Position numbers and translations under genes: made by a program. A model generated the notes under the pieces. The model was not told the origin of the DNA. It worked only from the letters and a program-made list of their open reading frames with translations, and ran no database searches. From NCBI GenBank assembly GCA_964420395.1, contig CAYQTJ010000004.1:2506-66505 (forward strand): a stretch of DNA of 64,000 nucleotides, in the 5' to 3' direction. This stretch comes from an uncultured Fibrobacteraceae bacterium. Its GTDB lineage: Bacteria > Krumholzibacteriota > Krumholzibacteriia > LZORAL124-64-63. This document shows, piece after piece, positions 26,801 through 34,321 of the stretch (position 1 is its first letter; each line of letters opens with the position of its first letter).

Positions 26801-28725
26801 CCTGGGCGCCGGTGACGACCCCGCACCTGCGCGGCTACCACGTCTACCGCGGCACCAGCGCCGGCGGTCCGTTCGTGCGGGCGAACGCCGACCTGGTCGA
26901 GCGCACGTCCTACTTCCGCGACTCCGGTCTCGCCCTGCTGACCCAGTACTTCTACCGGATCGCGGCGGTGGACTCCTCGCTGGTGGAGGGGCCGTTCTCG
27001 GCCGTGGTCTCGCAGAGCACCGCACCGCCGGAAATGGGCGGCTTCCCGCTGCCCATGACTAAGGAGACGAGCGGCCACAACGCCGTCGGCGACGTGGACG
27101 GCGACGGCACGCTCGAGGTCGTGCTCGGGGCGGACGAGGTCTACGTCTGGACCGCCGGCGGTGGCGAGCTGCGCGACGGTGACAACGACGCCCAGACGCT
27201 CGGGCCGTTCACGAACATGTCCAGCGGCACCACGAATCTGAGCTTCTCGCCGTCCGGCATCACCCTGGCCGATCTGGACGACGTACCGGGGCTCGAGATC
27301 ATCGCCAGCGAGAGGGTCCAGAACAAGATCCACATCTTCCGCCGGGACGGCAGCGAACTGCCGGGCTGGCCGCGGTCCCTGGTCGGCACGAGCTGGAACT
27401 GGACCACGCCCGCGGTCGGCGACGTGGACGGCGACGGCGCCCCGGAGATCGTCTGCAACGACATCGCCGGCCGCACCTTCGCCTGGCACCTCGACGGCAC
27501 GGAACTGAGGGACGGCGACAGCAATCCCGCCACGCTCGGCGTGTTCGTGGCGCGCGCCGGCGCGACCTACGAGTATGGCTTCAGCTCGCCCGCGCTGTGC
27601 GACCTGGACGGTGACGGGCGCAAGGAGATCATCTTCGGCTCGAAGCTCTCCGGCGTGCCCAACTACCTCTACGCCTATCGCTACGACGGCAGCCAGGCGA
27701 CCGGCTTCCCGTTCGCGACCGGCAACCTCGGCGCCATCGGGTGCAGCCCCAGCCTTGGAGACCTCGACAACGACGGTCAGCGGGAGATCGTCTTCGTGTC
27801 GGAAGCCGACTCGCTCTATGTCCTGCGGCGGAACGGCAGCCGCTATCCCGGCTTCCCGATCTGGTTCACCGCCAACAGCACCAGCAGCGGCGCCTCCTGT
27901 CCCAGCCCGGCGCTGGCCGACTTCGACGGCGACGGGCGGCTGGAGATCGCGGCGGTGACGGTCACGAACGCCGCGAGCGCGGCCCTGCGGCTGATCGACA
28001 CCGACGTCGCGGGCGGCACCTCCGGCCAGACCATGCCGGGCTGGCCGAAGAGCCTGCCGGGCAACTCGGAGTCCAGTCCCCTGGCGGGGGACATCGACGG
28101 CGACGGCGGCATCGACATCGTGTTCGGGATCGGCGGGGGCGACGAATCGACCCCCAACAACATCTACGCCTTCGAGGCGAGCGGCGCCGCGGTGCCTGGC
28201 TTCCCGATCACCGTCGGGGGGCCGATCCGGCCCTGCCCCGTGCTGTGCGACCTCGACGGGGACGGCAAAGTCAACATCGTCTATGGCGGATGGGACCTGC
28301 AGGTCCACGTCTGGAACCTGCCGTTCGCCTACGATCCGGATCTGATGCCGTGGCCCACCTTCCGCGGCAGCCACTGGCGCGACGGCGTCTACCGGCAGCC
28401 CACCCTGACCGGTGCGCCGGGGGAGGCGCCTCCGGCGGCGCTGGCCGTGGCGCCGAACTTCCCGAACCCGTTCAATCCCGTCACGACGGTGCGGCTCAAC
28501 GTGCCGGGCCCGTCCGGGCAGAGCGTGCCGCTCGGCCTGCGGGTGTACGACCTGCAGGGGCGGCTGGTGCGCGTCCTGCACGCCGGCCCGGCCGCGACCG
28601 GCTGGCGGACCTGGATCTGGGACGGTCGCGACGGCGCCGGGCAGCCGCAGGCGAGCGGCGTGTACCTGCTCCGGGCCGAAGCGGGCGGGCAGGTGCGGAC
28701 GCAAAAGATGGCCCTGGTGAAATGA
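23854..28725 (+). CDS. Secreted multidomain protein, divergent paralog of 18754..23562 (C25 peptidase domain, Ig/FN3-like modules, DxDxDG repeat region, FlgD-Ig/T9SS-like C-terminal domain)
   Basis: Signal peptide MDRHRLMSRISLTVATAAALTWGTVALGA. …LLGGDTDVVPARY…DLYFGCLDGNWNAD…, NQIGHGFF, ALNCASAAFD. Seven to eight DxDxDG repeats. C-terminus NPFNPVTTVRL…LRVYDLQGRLV…SGVYLLRA. ATG 23854 after GGAGGG. Confidence 0.85.
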   Translation: MDRHRLMSRISLTVATAAALTWGTVALGAGAPAAFFEGRITGELSWETNASGAVTPRLAGGRAWAETDRPALAVLDLRLLVPLEAAPGGVEVVPLATHRVRVPGRLAVGSPLISSDGVAVVAARLPLDGAVFPAQWGEFGGTQVWRGFRLASVRVYPLRAVRDAAGEWSELEVLDSYAIRFLPGGGKLAAGDAAEIAVRERRVPGERARAEAALAGLIANPGGLSGYARADGAVVAEPAGGFAPSQTPSLEGSPVRYLIITREALAPAFQRLADHRTALGDPAVVQTVEWIEANYRHGADVQETIRLFIREAYQRWGVEYVLLGGDTDVVPARYIHSEYYPPSSSTDVPTDLYFGCLDGNWNADADDLFGEHYASYLNPGDNADLADEVRVGRAPVSTVNAVNAFIDKVIGYEQQVAGTGWPNRMLFAAEVLFPADYTAGATITLDGASFAEQLNNTALTPCTGMTPTRLYESYPLWPGSTRLSRAAFTDSVNTGHFGIVNQIGHGFFVNMSLGDANFTVADADGLHNTGRPFLLYALNCASAAFDYACLMERFVQNPNGGAVAAIGAARAAFPYTANDYQIEFFRLLFCNGIHRLGDLMSLSRLPQLADTYYNTADRWTFLNYTLLGDPGLAVWTGAPRPASVAAPASLTAGAQSVTVTVTADGLPVEGALVCLSKEGDDYASDFTDAAGQVSLAYTPVSAGAASLVVSGAGLAREARDLPVTVPGAYIALDAVTITDDGSAGSSGNGDGRFDAGETVAVVTQYRDTGTGGALNCLATLSGGAAGLTILDGTASVGNVPSGSVKAATEPFLVRADAALPDGLHVAFSVTVTAQAGGPFASEWNPVVLAPELAPIALTWSDLVYGNGDGVQQNGERITVAVKLKNYGDGLAGAITGRLRSMDPGVVLRDTVASYGTLALLQEGTGSVPFSLSETDVSVDHPCWILFSDPQGRTVRHDFVLNAPAAPAAPATSGTLGPDVIGLTWAPVTTPHLRGYHVYRGTSAGGPFVRANADLVERTSYFRDSGLALLTQYFYRIAAVDSSLVEGPFSAVVSQSTAPPEMGGFPLPMTKETSGHNAVGDVDGDGTLEVVLGADEVYVWTAGGGELRDGDNDAQTLGPFTNMSSGTTNLSFSPSGITLADLDDVPGLEIIASERVQNKIHIFRRDGSELPGWPRSLVGTSWNWTTPAVGDVDGDGAPEIVCNDIAGRTFAWHLDGTELRDGDSNPATLGVFVARAGATYEYGFSSPALCDLDGDGRKEIIFGSKLSGVPNYLYAYRYDGSQATGFPFATGNLGAIGCSPSLGDLDNDGQREIVFVSEADSLYVLRRNGSRYPGFPIWFTANSTSSGASCPSPALADFDGDGRLEIAAVTVTNAASAALRLIDTDVAGGTSGQTMPGWPKSLPGNSESSPLAGDIDGDGGIDIVFGIGGGDESTPNNIYAFEASGAAVPGFPITVGGPIRPCPVLCDLDGDGKVNIVYGGWDLQVHVWNLPFAYDPDLMPWPTFRGSHWRDGVYRQPTLTGAPGEAPPAALAVAPNFPNPFNPVTTVRLNVPGPSGQSVPLGLRVYDLQGRLVRVLHAGPAATGWRTWIWDGRDGAGQPQASGVYLLRAEAGGQVRTQKMALVK
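27070..28295 (+). other. FG-GAP/VCBS-like repeat region within the second C25 protein; boundaries approximate
   Basis: GDVDGDGTLE, GDVDGDGAPE, CDLDGDGRKE, GDLDNDGQRE, ADFDGDGRLE, GDIDGDGGID, CDLDGDGKVN. Confidence 0.6.
28453..28722 (+). other. C-terminal FlgD-Ig-like / T9SS-type sorting-domain-like module of the second C25 protein
   Basis: PNFPNPFNPVTTVRLNVPG…LRVYDLQGRLVRVLH…WIWDGRDGAG…ASGVYLLRAEAGG…KMALVK. Confidence 0.6.
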
Positions 28726-28755
28726 CCCGGCGGCGGGCCGACGTCACGCCGCCGG

Positions 28756-28784
28756 TTGACGGCGCGGCGCCCGCTCCTTAGCAT
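28756..28784 (+). promoter_or_regulatory. sigma70-like promoter (TTGACG-17 nt-TAGCAT) upstream of the ABC substrate-binding protein gene
   Basis: Read directly. Preceded by an 8-9 bp hairpin (28727-28755) after the C25 stop. Confidence 0.4.
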
Positions 28785-28856
28785 CACGGTCCGGCCCGCG
28801 GCCCCTCCCAGCCGGAGGGGCCGCGGCTTTGGCGGCTCCGGACGGCGGGAGAGGGC

Positions 28857-30476
28857 ATGGGCGGACGACGGGCCACGTCGCTGGCGCTGGGGGTGGCGCT
28901 GGCCGCGCTGGCCGCGCTGGGGGGCGGCGGCTGCGGTGGCGGGGGGGGCGCGGGGCCGCGCGCCGGCGGCACCGCCATCCTCGCCCTGGCGGCCGAGCCC
29001 GATCTCCTCAATCCGCTGCTCACCGGCTCCGCCTACGCGACGCAGCTGCTGGGGCTGATGCAGGACGGGCTGATCGAGATGGACGAGGACCTCGAGTTCC
29101 GTCCCCGCATCGCCAGCGGCTGGACGTTCGCTCCGGACAGCCTCTCCGTGACTTTCCGGCTGCGACCCTGGGTCTGGTCCGACGGCGAGCCGCTGACCGC
29201 GCGCGACGTGGCGGCGAGCTTCGCCCTGCTGACCGATCCGGTCATCGCCAGCCCGCGTCGCGGGGGGCTGGCGAACGTCACCGCGGTGACGGCGCTGGAT
29301 CCGGCCACGGTGCGCTACGACTTCCGGAGCCGCCGCCCGCGAACGGAGGCGCTGTTCGCCGCGGCGCACGCGCTGCTGCCGGCGCACCGGACCGCCACGC
29401 TGGAGCCTGCCCGGGTGCGGGAGTGGCCGCTCAATCAGCAACCGCTCTCCTCCGGTCCGTACCGGCTCGAGAGCTGGCAGCGCAACCGCCAGGTGGTGCT
29501 GACGCGCAACGAACGCTATCCCGGACCGCGGCCGCGGCTCGATCGACTCGTCTTCCGGATCATTCCGGACGAGACGTCGCGGCTGATCGAGTTGGAAACG
29601 GGCGGCGTCGATTTCGTGGACGAGATCCCGCCGCAGGCGGCCCGCGCCCTGGCGGCCTCGGGCCGGGCTACGGTGCTGCGGGTTGGCGGCCGGCTGGTGG
29701 GGCAGGTGCAGTGGAACCTGCGCAGTCCCCTGCTGGCCGACCGCGCGGTCCGCCGCGCCCTCTCGTTCGCCATCGATCGCGCGGCGTTCATCGACGGCCT
29801 GCTGTGCGGTTACGGGGCGCCGGCGGCGAGCCCCATCCCGCCCTGCCTCTGGGCCCACGACGCCTCGCTGCTGCCCGACCGCCACGAGCCGCAGCGGGCG
29901 CGTGACCTGCTCGACTCCGCCGGCTGGCGCGACAGCGACGGGGACGGCGTGCGCGAGCGGGATGGCCGCCGCCTGTCGCTGCTGCTGATCACCCGCAAGG
30001 GCGACCCGGTGCGGGAGGACGGCGCGGCGCTGATCGCGGCGAACCTGCGGTCGGTGGGGGTGGAGGTGCGCCCGCGGATCCTCGAATTCGGGGCGGCGCT
30101 CGACGAGGTGCGGCAGGGCCGCTTCGACGGCTACCTCGGCTATTTCCAGCCGCGGCTGGTGCCCGATCCCTCGGCCCAGTTGCGCTCCGACGCCACGGAC
30201 CGCTTCAACTACGGCAGCTACGCGAGCGCCGCCGTCGATTCCCTGCTCGACGCCGCGCTCGCCTGCCCCGACCGGGCCCGCGCCGCACCGCTCTGGCACC
30301 GCCTGCAGCGGATCGTGGCGGAGGACGCGCCGTTCGCCTTCCTCTTCTACCCGGAAACGCTCTGCGGCGTCGGCCCGCGCCTGCGGGGGGTGCGCCCGCA
30401 CGTGCTGTCGCCGTTCAACAACGTGGGCGAATGGTGGATCGGCTCGCCGGACCGCGAGGCGAAGGCCGGGCATTGA
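28857..30476 (+). CDS. ABC transporter substrate-binding protein, family 5 (peptide/nickel, DppA/OppA-like), lipoprotein
   Basis: Lipobox …ALAALGGGG-C-GGG. Family-5 SBP similarity along the full length (…LNPLL…, …RNERY…, …FDGYL…). Confidence 0.8.
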   Translation: MGGRRATSLALGVALAALAALGGGGCGGGGGAGPRAGGTAILALAAEPDLLNPLLTGSAYATQLLGLMQDGLIEMDEDLEFRPRIASGWTFAPDSLSVTFRLRPWVWSDGEPLTARDVAASFALLTDPVIASPRRGGLANVTAVTALDPATVRYDFRSRRPRTEALFAAAHALLPAHRTATLEPARVREWPLNQQPLSSGPYRLESWQRNRQVVLTRNERYPGPRPRLDRLVFRIIPDETSRLIELETGGVDFVDEIPPQAARALAASGRATVLRVGGRLVGQVQWNLRSPLLADRAVRRALSFAIDRAAFIDGLLCGYGAPAASPIPPCLWAHDASLLPDRHEPQRARDLLDSAGWRDSDGDGVRERDGRRLSLLLITRKGDPVREDGAALIAANLRSVGVEVRPRILEFGAALDEVRQGRFDGYLGYFQPRLVPDPSAQLRSDATDRFNYGSYASAAVDSLLDAALACPDRARAAPLWHRLQRIVAEDAPFAFLFYPETLCGVGPRLRGVRPHVLSPFNNVGEWWIGSPDREAKAGH

Positions 30477-30516
30477 ACCACTTGGCCCCGGGACCGATTC
30501 TCCGTATCCTGTAGAC

Positions 30517-32157
30517 ATGAAAGCAAGCGTGCCGATCCGGACCGCGGTCGCCCTGGCGGGCCTGCTCGCGGCGGCCGGCTGCGGCGATTCGCCGACGCCC
30601 CCGCCACCCCCGCCGGCGGGCTATGTCTTCACCCCCGCGGGCGACGACGTGACCGTGCTGTACGAGGGGCAGGTCGACTTCTCGGTGCGCACGGCGGCGG
30701 GGGGCGAGGTGGCGGCCGTCTTCCGGCGGGGGGACACGGTCCTCGCCACCGGCAGTTCCTACGCCTACGCCGGGACACGGGCCGGGCGGGACTCGCTGCG
30801 GGCCGAGGTGCCGGGGGCGCCGGCCGGCGTGAAGGACTGGCGGATCTGGGTGGAGAGCGGGTACGGCGACCGCCCCGCGCCGGTGCTCGCGTTGACGGCG
30901 GTGATCGGCGCGCGGCCGGGAACGCTGCGCGTGAACTGGCTGCGCGCCGCGCCCGAGCTCAACCCGCTGCCGGTCGCCCGCTACCTGGTGGGGCTGGGTC
31001 GGGACGGGCCGTTGACCGAGCTGAACTGGGACGTGGCGGAGCTGCTGGAAGAGGTGCCGAGCCTCGAAGCGACGGTCGGGTACGGGCGCGACTATGCCGG
31101 ACTGGCCGGCGGCGACACGGTCTGGGTGGGGGTGCGCGCCGAGGACGAGGCCGGCCGCCTCTCGCCGCTGGGGCCGGTGCCCCGGGTCCGGGTGGCGGGG
31201 GCGTACCGCATCGTCGGGACGGCCATCGGGATCGCGGGCGAGCCGCTCGTGGGAATCCTCGCCAGCGTTGGCGAGGCGCCGGAACTGCGGGCCATCACCG
31301 CGGACGGCGGCGGCTTCGACCTGCCGCGGCCGGCGCTCGTGCCCGAGGGCTTCCGGGACATCGACCGGTACGTGCTGTCGGTGCGCGACGAGACCGGCCC
31401 GGACATCGGCACGTACTACGACGTCCGGACCGACACGCTGTCGGCCGCCGATTCCTACCCGCGACCGATCACGCTGGTCGCCGCGCGGACCGCGCAGGGC
31501 GATCCACTCCTCGACCCGGACTGCGCCGCGCTGGTCTACCAGGGGGAGTTCCTCACCTTCCTGAAGCGGATGACCTTCACGGGCATGGGCGGGAACACCC
31601 GGCTCTATCGCTGGGGCCACTATCCGATCACCTACTGGGTGCAGCCGACGGGCGACTGGACGGCCCCGGGCGGCTTCGAGATGGGCCCGCTCGCGCGGGC
31701 CGCCGCCGCCGCCTGGAACGCCCGGCTCGGGGGGACCTTCTTCACGGAATCGGCGGACAGCGTCGCGGCGGACCTGAAGGTTGTCTTCAAGTCCCTCGGC
31801 GGCACGATCTACGGACTCACGGAGATCGTGGCGCCGTACTACGCGGCAATCAACACCATCGTGCCGACCAAGATGAAGATCACGCTGTCGCGCGAATTCA
31901 CGCGCCTGGCCTATGCGCAGGGGGTGGTGCTGCACGAGTTCGGCCACGCGCTCTGCATCGGCAACCACAGCGAATGCCCCGGCTACATGCACATCATGAG
32001 AATCGGCGCGCACGACGTGCCGCTCAGCCCCGAAATCCCGGGCGTCGATACGCAGGGCGAGATGGAGGCGGCCATCAGCGACGACGAGGTGCGCCTCGTG
32101 CACTACATCCGCAATCTCCCGCAGGGCGTCAACATGAATCAATATTTGCTTGACTGA
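30517..32157 (+). CDS. Lipoprotein with a C-terminal zinc-metalloprotease-like motif (HEFGHALCIGNH … YMHIM)
   Basis: Lipobox LLAAAG-C-GDS. HExxH at nt 31933-31947 with a further His and a Met-containing segment downstream. The N-terminal two thirds are unrecognised. Confidence 0.55.
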   Translation: MKASVPIRTAVALAGLLAAAGCGDSPTPPPPPPAGYVFTPAGDDVTVLYEGQVDFSVRTAAGGEVAAVFRRGDTVLATGSSYAYAGTRAGRDSLRAEVPGAPAGVKDWRIWVESGYGDRPAPVLALTAVIGARPGTLRVNWLRAAPELNPLPVARYLVGLGRDGPLTELNWDVAELLEEVPSLEATVGYGRDYAGLAGGDTVWVGVRAEDEAGRLSPLGPVPRVRVAGAYRIVGTAIGIAGEPLVGILASVGEAPELRAITADGGGFDLPRPALVPEGFRDIDRYVLSVRDETGPDIGTYYDVRTDTLSAADSYPRPITLVAARTAQGDPLLDPDCAALVYQGEFLTFLKRMTFTGMGGNTRLYRWGHYPITYWVQPTGDWTAPGGFEMGPLARAAAAAWNARLGGTFFTESADSVAADLKVVFKSLGGTIYGLTEIVAPYYAAINTIVPTKMKITLSREFTRLAYAQGVVLHEFGHALCIGNHSECPGYMHIMRIGAHDVPLSPEIPGVDTQGEMEAAISDDEVRLVHYIRNLPQGVNMNQYLLD

Positions 32158-32244
32158 ATTCCCCCTCCGCCCGAGCATTCCGACATTACACCAGCGACGC
32201 GACCGGTAATAATCGTCGGGCGCGTCCGGCGATGGGCGGCGCCG

Positions 32245-32589
32245 TCAGCCGGGGGGCCAGCCGAGACGACGTCCGGCCAGCAGATGCAGGTGCAGGTGGG
32301 GCACGGTCTGACCCGCCGCTTCGCCGCAGTTGATGACCAGCCTGTAGCCCGCGGACTCCAGCCCGAGTTCGCGGGCCAGGCGCGCGGCCGTCGTGGCGAG
32401 TCGCCCGAGCAGCCCGGCGTCGTCGTCGGCGAGGTCGGCCAGGGAGGCGACGTGCCGGCGCGGGATCAGCAGGAGGTGCGTCGGCGCCTGCGGGTTGACG
32501 TCGTGGAAGGCCACGACCGCCTCGTCGCTGTAGGCCTGCCGGCTCGGGATGCGTCCGGCGGCGATCTCGCAGAACAGGCACTTTTCCAT
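32245..32589 (-). CDS. HIT (histidine triad) family nucleotide hydrolase
   Basis: MEKCLFCEIAAGRIPS…, and HLHLHLLAG, the histidine triad. Start moved to ATG 32589, preceded by GGGAGG. Confidence 0.85.
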   Translation of the reverse strand: MEKCLFCEIAAGRIPSRQAYSDEAVVAFHDVNPQAPTHLLLIPRRHVASLADLADDDAGLLGRLATTAARLARELGLESAGYRLVINCGEAAGQTVPHLHLHLLAGRRLGWPPG

Positions 32590-32682
32590 CGGATGCCTCC
32601 CGGCGGCCGCCGGCGTTTCCGGCAGCGCGGCCACGGAGGCAGCCTACCACGCCGCCGCCGCGGGCGGCAACGGGGAGTGGGC

Positions 32683-33618
32683 ATGCCATCGCTGCTGGTG
32701 GTCGGCTACAACGCCTGGGATCTGCTGGCGCCGCTGCCGGCTCCCATCCCCCGCGACGCCAAGCTCGAAACGCCGGGCCTGACCATGGGGGGGGGAGGGC
32801 CGGCGGCCACCGCCGCGGTGGCGCTGGCGCGGCTCGGCGCGCGGGTCCGCCTGGTCACGCCGCTGGCGGACGATCTCGCGGGGCGGCTGCAGCGGCAGGA
32901 ACTGGTCTCCGCCGGGGTGGACCTGGCCCTCTCGCCGGCGCGTCCCGGCGGCGCCTCGCCCCTGGCCGTCAGCCTGATCGACGCCGACGGCTCGCGCGCG
33001 ATCCTCTGGCGCCGGGGCGATCTCGAACCGCTCGCGGCGTCGGAAGTCGCGGCGGACTGGCTGGACGGCACGGACGCGCTGCTGTGCGACAGCCACGAAC
33101 CGGTCGCCGCCGGGGCGCTGGCGCGGGCGGCGCGCGCCCGCGGCGTGCCGGTGGTGCTGGACGGTGGCAGCGTGCGCCCCGGGCTGGCCGAACTCGTGGC
33201 GCTGTGCGACGACGTGATCGGCTCCGCCGCCTTCGCGACGTCCCTGACCGGCGAGCCCGACCCGGGAGAGGCGCTGCGGGCGCTGGCTCGCCGCGGTCCC
33301 GGCCGCGTGGCCGCCACTTTCGGACCGGCCGGCTGCCTGCGGCTGGCCGACGGCCAACTGGCGCACCGGCCGGCCTTCGCCGTCCCGGTGGTCGATACGA
33401 CCGGTGCGGGCGATGCCTTCCACGCCGGCTACGCCTTCGCGCGCAGCCTCGGCCGCGACTTCGATGGCTGCCTCGCCTGGGGCGCCGCCGTGGCGGCGCT
33501 CGGCTGCCGCGCGCTCGGCGGCCGGGCGGGGCTTCCTGACCGGGCGGAGGCGGAGGCGCTGCTGCGGCACGGGCGGTTCCGGGCGGAGCGGCCGGTCTGG
33601 CGCGGGCGGCCCGACTGA
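32683..33618 (+). CDS. PfkB-family carbohydrate kinase (ribokinase-like)
   Basis: …LLVVGYNAWD…GGGPAATAAVALARLG…, and C-terminal VVDTTGAGDAFHAGYA. Start at ATG 32683 inside the longer track ORF. Confidence 0.8.
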   Translation: MPSLLVVGYNAWDLLAPLPAPIPRDAKLETPGLTMGGGGPAATAAVALARLGARVRLVTPLADDLAGRLQRQELVSAGVDLALSPARPGGASPLAVSLIDADGSRAILWRRGDLEPLAASEVAADWLDGTDALLCDSHEPVAAGALARAARARGVPVVLDGGSVRPGLAELVALCDDVIGSAAFATSLTGEPDPGEALRALARRGPGRVAATFGPAGCLRLADGQLAHRPAFAVPVVDTTGAGDAFHAGYAFARSLGRDFDGCLAWGAAVAALGCRALGGRAGLPDRAEAEALLRHGRFRAERPVWRGRPD

Positions 33619-33633
33619 GGCGCCGATCGGGGC

Positions 33634-33662
33634 TGGACTTTCGTCTATGTTTCGCCTATCAT
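33634..33662 (+). promoter_or_regulatory. Candidate lexA promoter (TGGACT-17 nt-TATCAT)
   Basis: Read directly. The -10 is AT-rich and overlaps the direct-repeat element below. 56 nt upstream of ATG 33719. Confidence 0.4.
33639..33659 (+). promoter_or_regulatory. Tandem direct repeat TTTCGTCTAT-g-TTTCGCCTAT (TTCG-N7-TTCG) between the -35 and -10 of lexA; candidate LexA operator
   Basis: Read directly. The reverse strand reads GAAA-N7-GAAA, reminiscent of the direct-repeat GAAC-N7-GAAC SOS box class. Confidence 0.35.
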
Positions 33663-33718
33663 GAGCTGCAGGGCGCGGCGAGCCGCCGCGCCGCAACGCG
33701 TCGACCGGAGGCCGGAGC

Positions 33719-34321
33719 ATGGGACTGACGCCGCGCCAGGCGGAGATCCTGACCTTCATCGAGGACTACACCCGCCGCCACGGCTACGCGCCGACGCTCG
33801 TGGAGATCGCGCAGCGCCTGTCGCTCTCGTCCGTGGCCACCGTGCACAAGCATGTCAGCCGGCTGGTGGAGCAGGGACGCCTGCGACACGGACGGCACGC
33901 GCGACGGGAGCTCGAGGTGGTGGCCCTCCCCGGCGTCCGCGCCGCCCGGACCGTGCCGCTGCTCGGCGCCGTGGCGGCGGGCCGTCCCATCGAGCCGCTG
34001 CCGGAGACGGAGCAGCTCGAACTTCCGGAGGGCTGGCTCGGCCGCGCCCGCACCTACGCGCTGCGCGTGCGGGGCGATTCGATGATCGAAGAGCAGATCC
34101 GCGACGGCGACGTCGTCATCGTCGAGGAGCGCGAAACCGCGCGCAACGGGGAGACGGTCATTGCGCTCGTGGACGGCGAAGGGGTCACGGTGAAGCGGTA
34201 CCGGCGCGACGGCGGCCTGATCCGACTCGAACCGGCCAACCACGAGCTCTCCCCGCTCGTGCTGCCGGAGGAGCGGGTGCGTGTGCAGGGCGTCGTCATC
34301 GGCGTGCTCAGGCGCCTCTAG
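33719..34321 (+). CDS. lexA: LexA repressor (S24 self-cleaving peptidase)
   Basis: MGLTPRQAEILTFIEDYTRRHGYAPTLVEIAQRL…VATVHKHV…, with AG cleavage-site context …GAVAAGRPIEP…, VRGDSMI (Ser) and …VTVKRY (Lys). Confidence 0.9.
   Translation: MGLTPRQAEILTFIEDYTRRHGYAPTLVEIAQRLSLSSVATVHKHVSRLVEQGRLRHGRHARRELEVVALPGVRAARTVPLLGAVAAGRPIEPLPETEQLELPEGWLGRARTYALRVRGDSMIEEQIRDGDVVIVEERETARNGETVIALVDGEGVTVKRYRRDGGLIRLEPANHELSPLVLPEERVRVQGVVIGVLRRL

Noticed and set aside
23776-28704. 1,642-aa ORF on the minus strand, exactly antisense to the second C25 gene
   Set aside because: It is an Arg/Pro/Gly-rich, low-complexity translation with no recognisable motifs. The + strand frame has clear homology (C25, FG-GAP, FlgD-Ig), a signal peptide and an RBS. 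Long stop-free antisense frames are expected in very GC-rich coding DNA.
18754-28725. Diversity-generating retroelement or cassette-type variation between the two C25 paralogs
   Set aside because: There is no reverse transcriptase and no template-repeat-like nucleotide duplication. Divergence is spread along the whole length rather than focused on a variable region.
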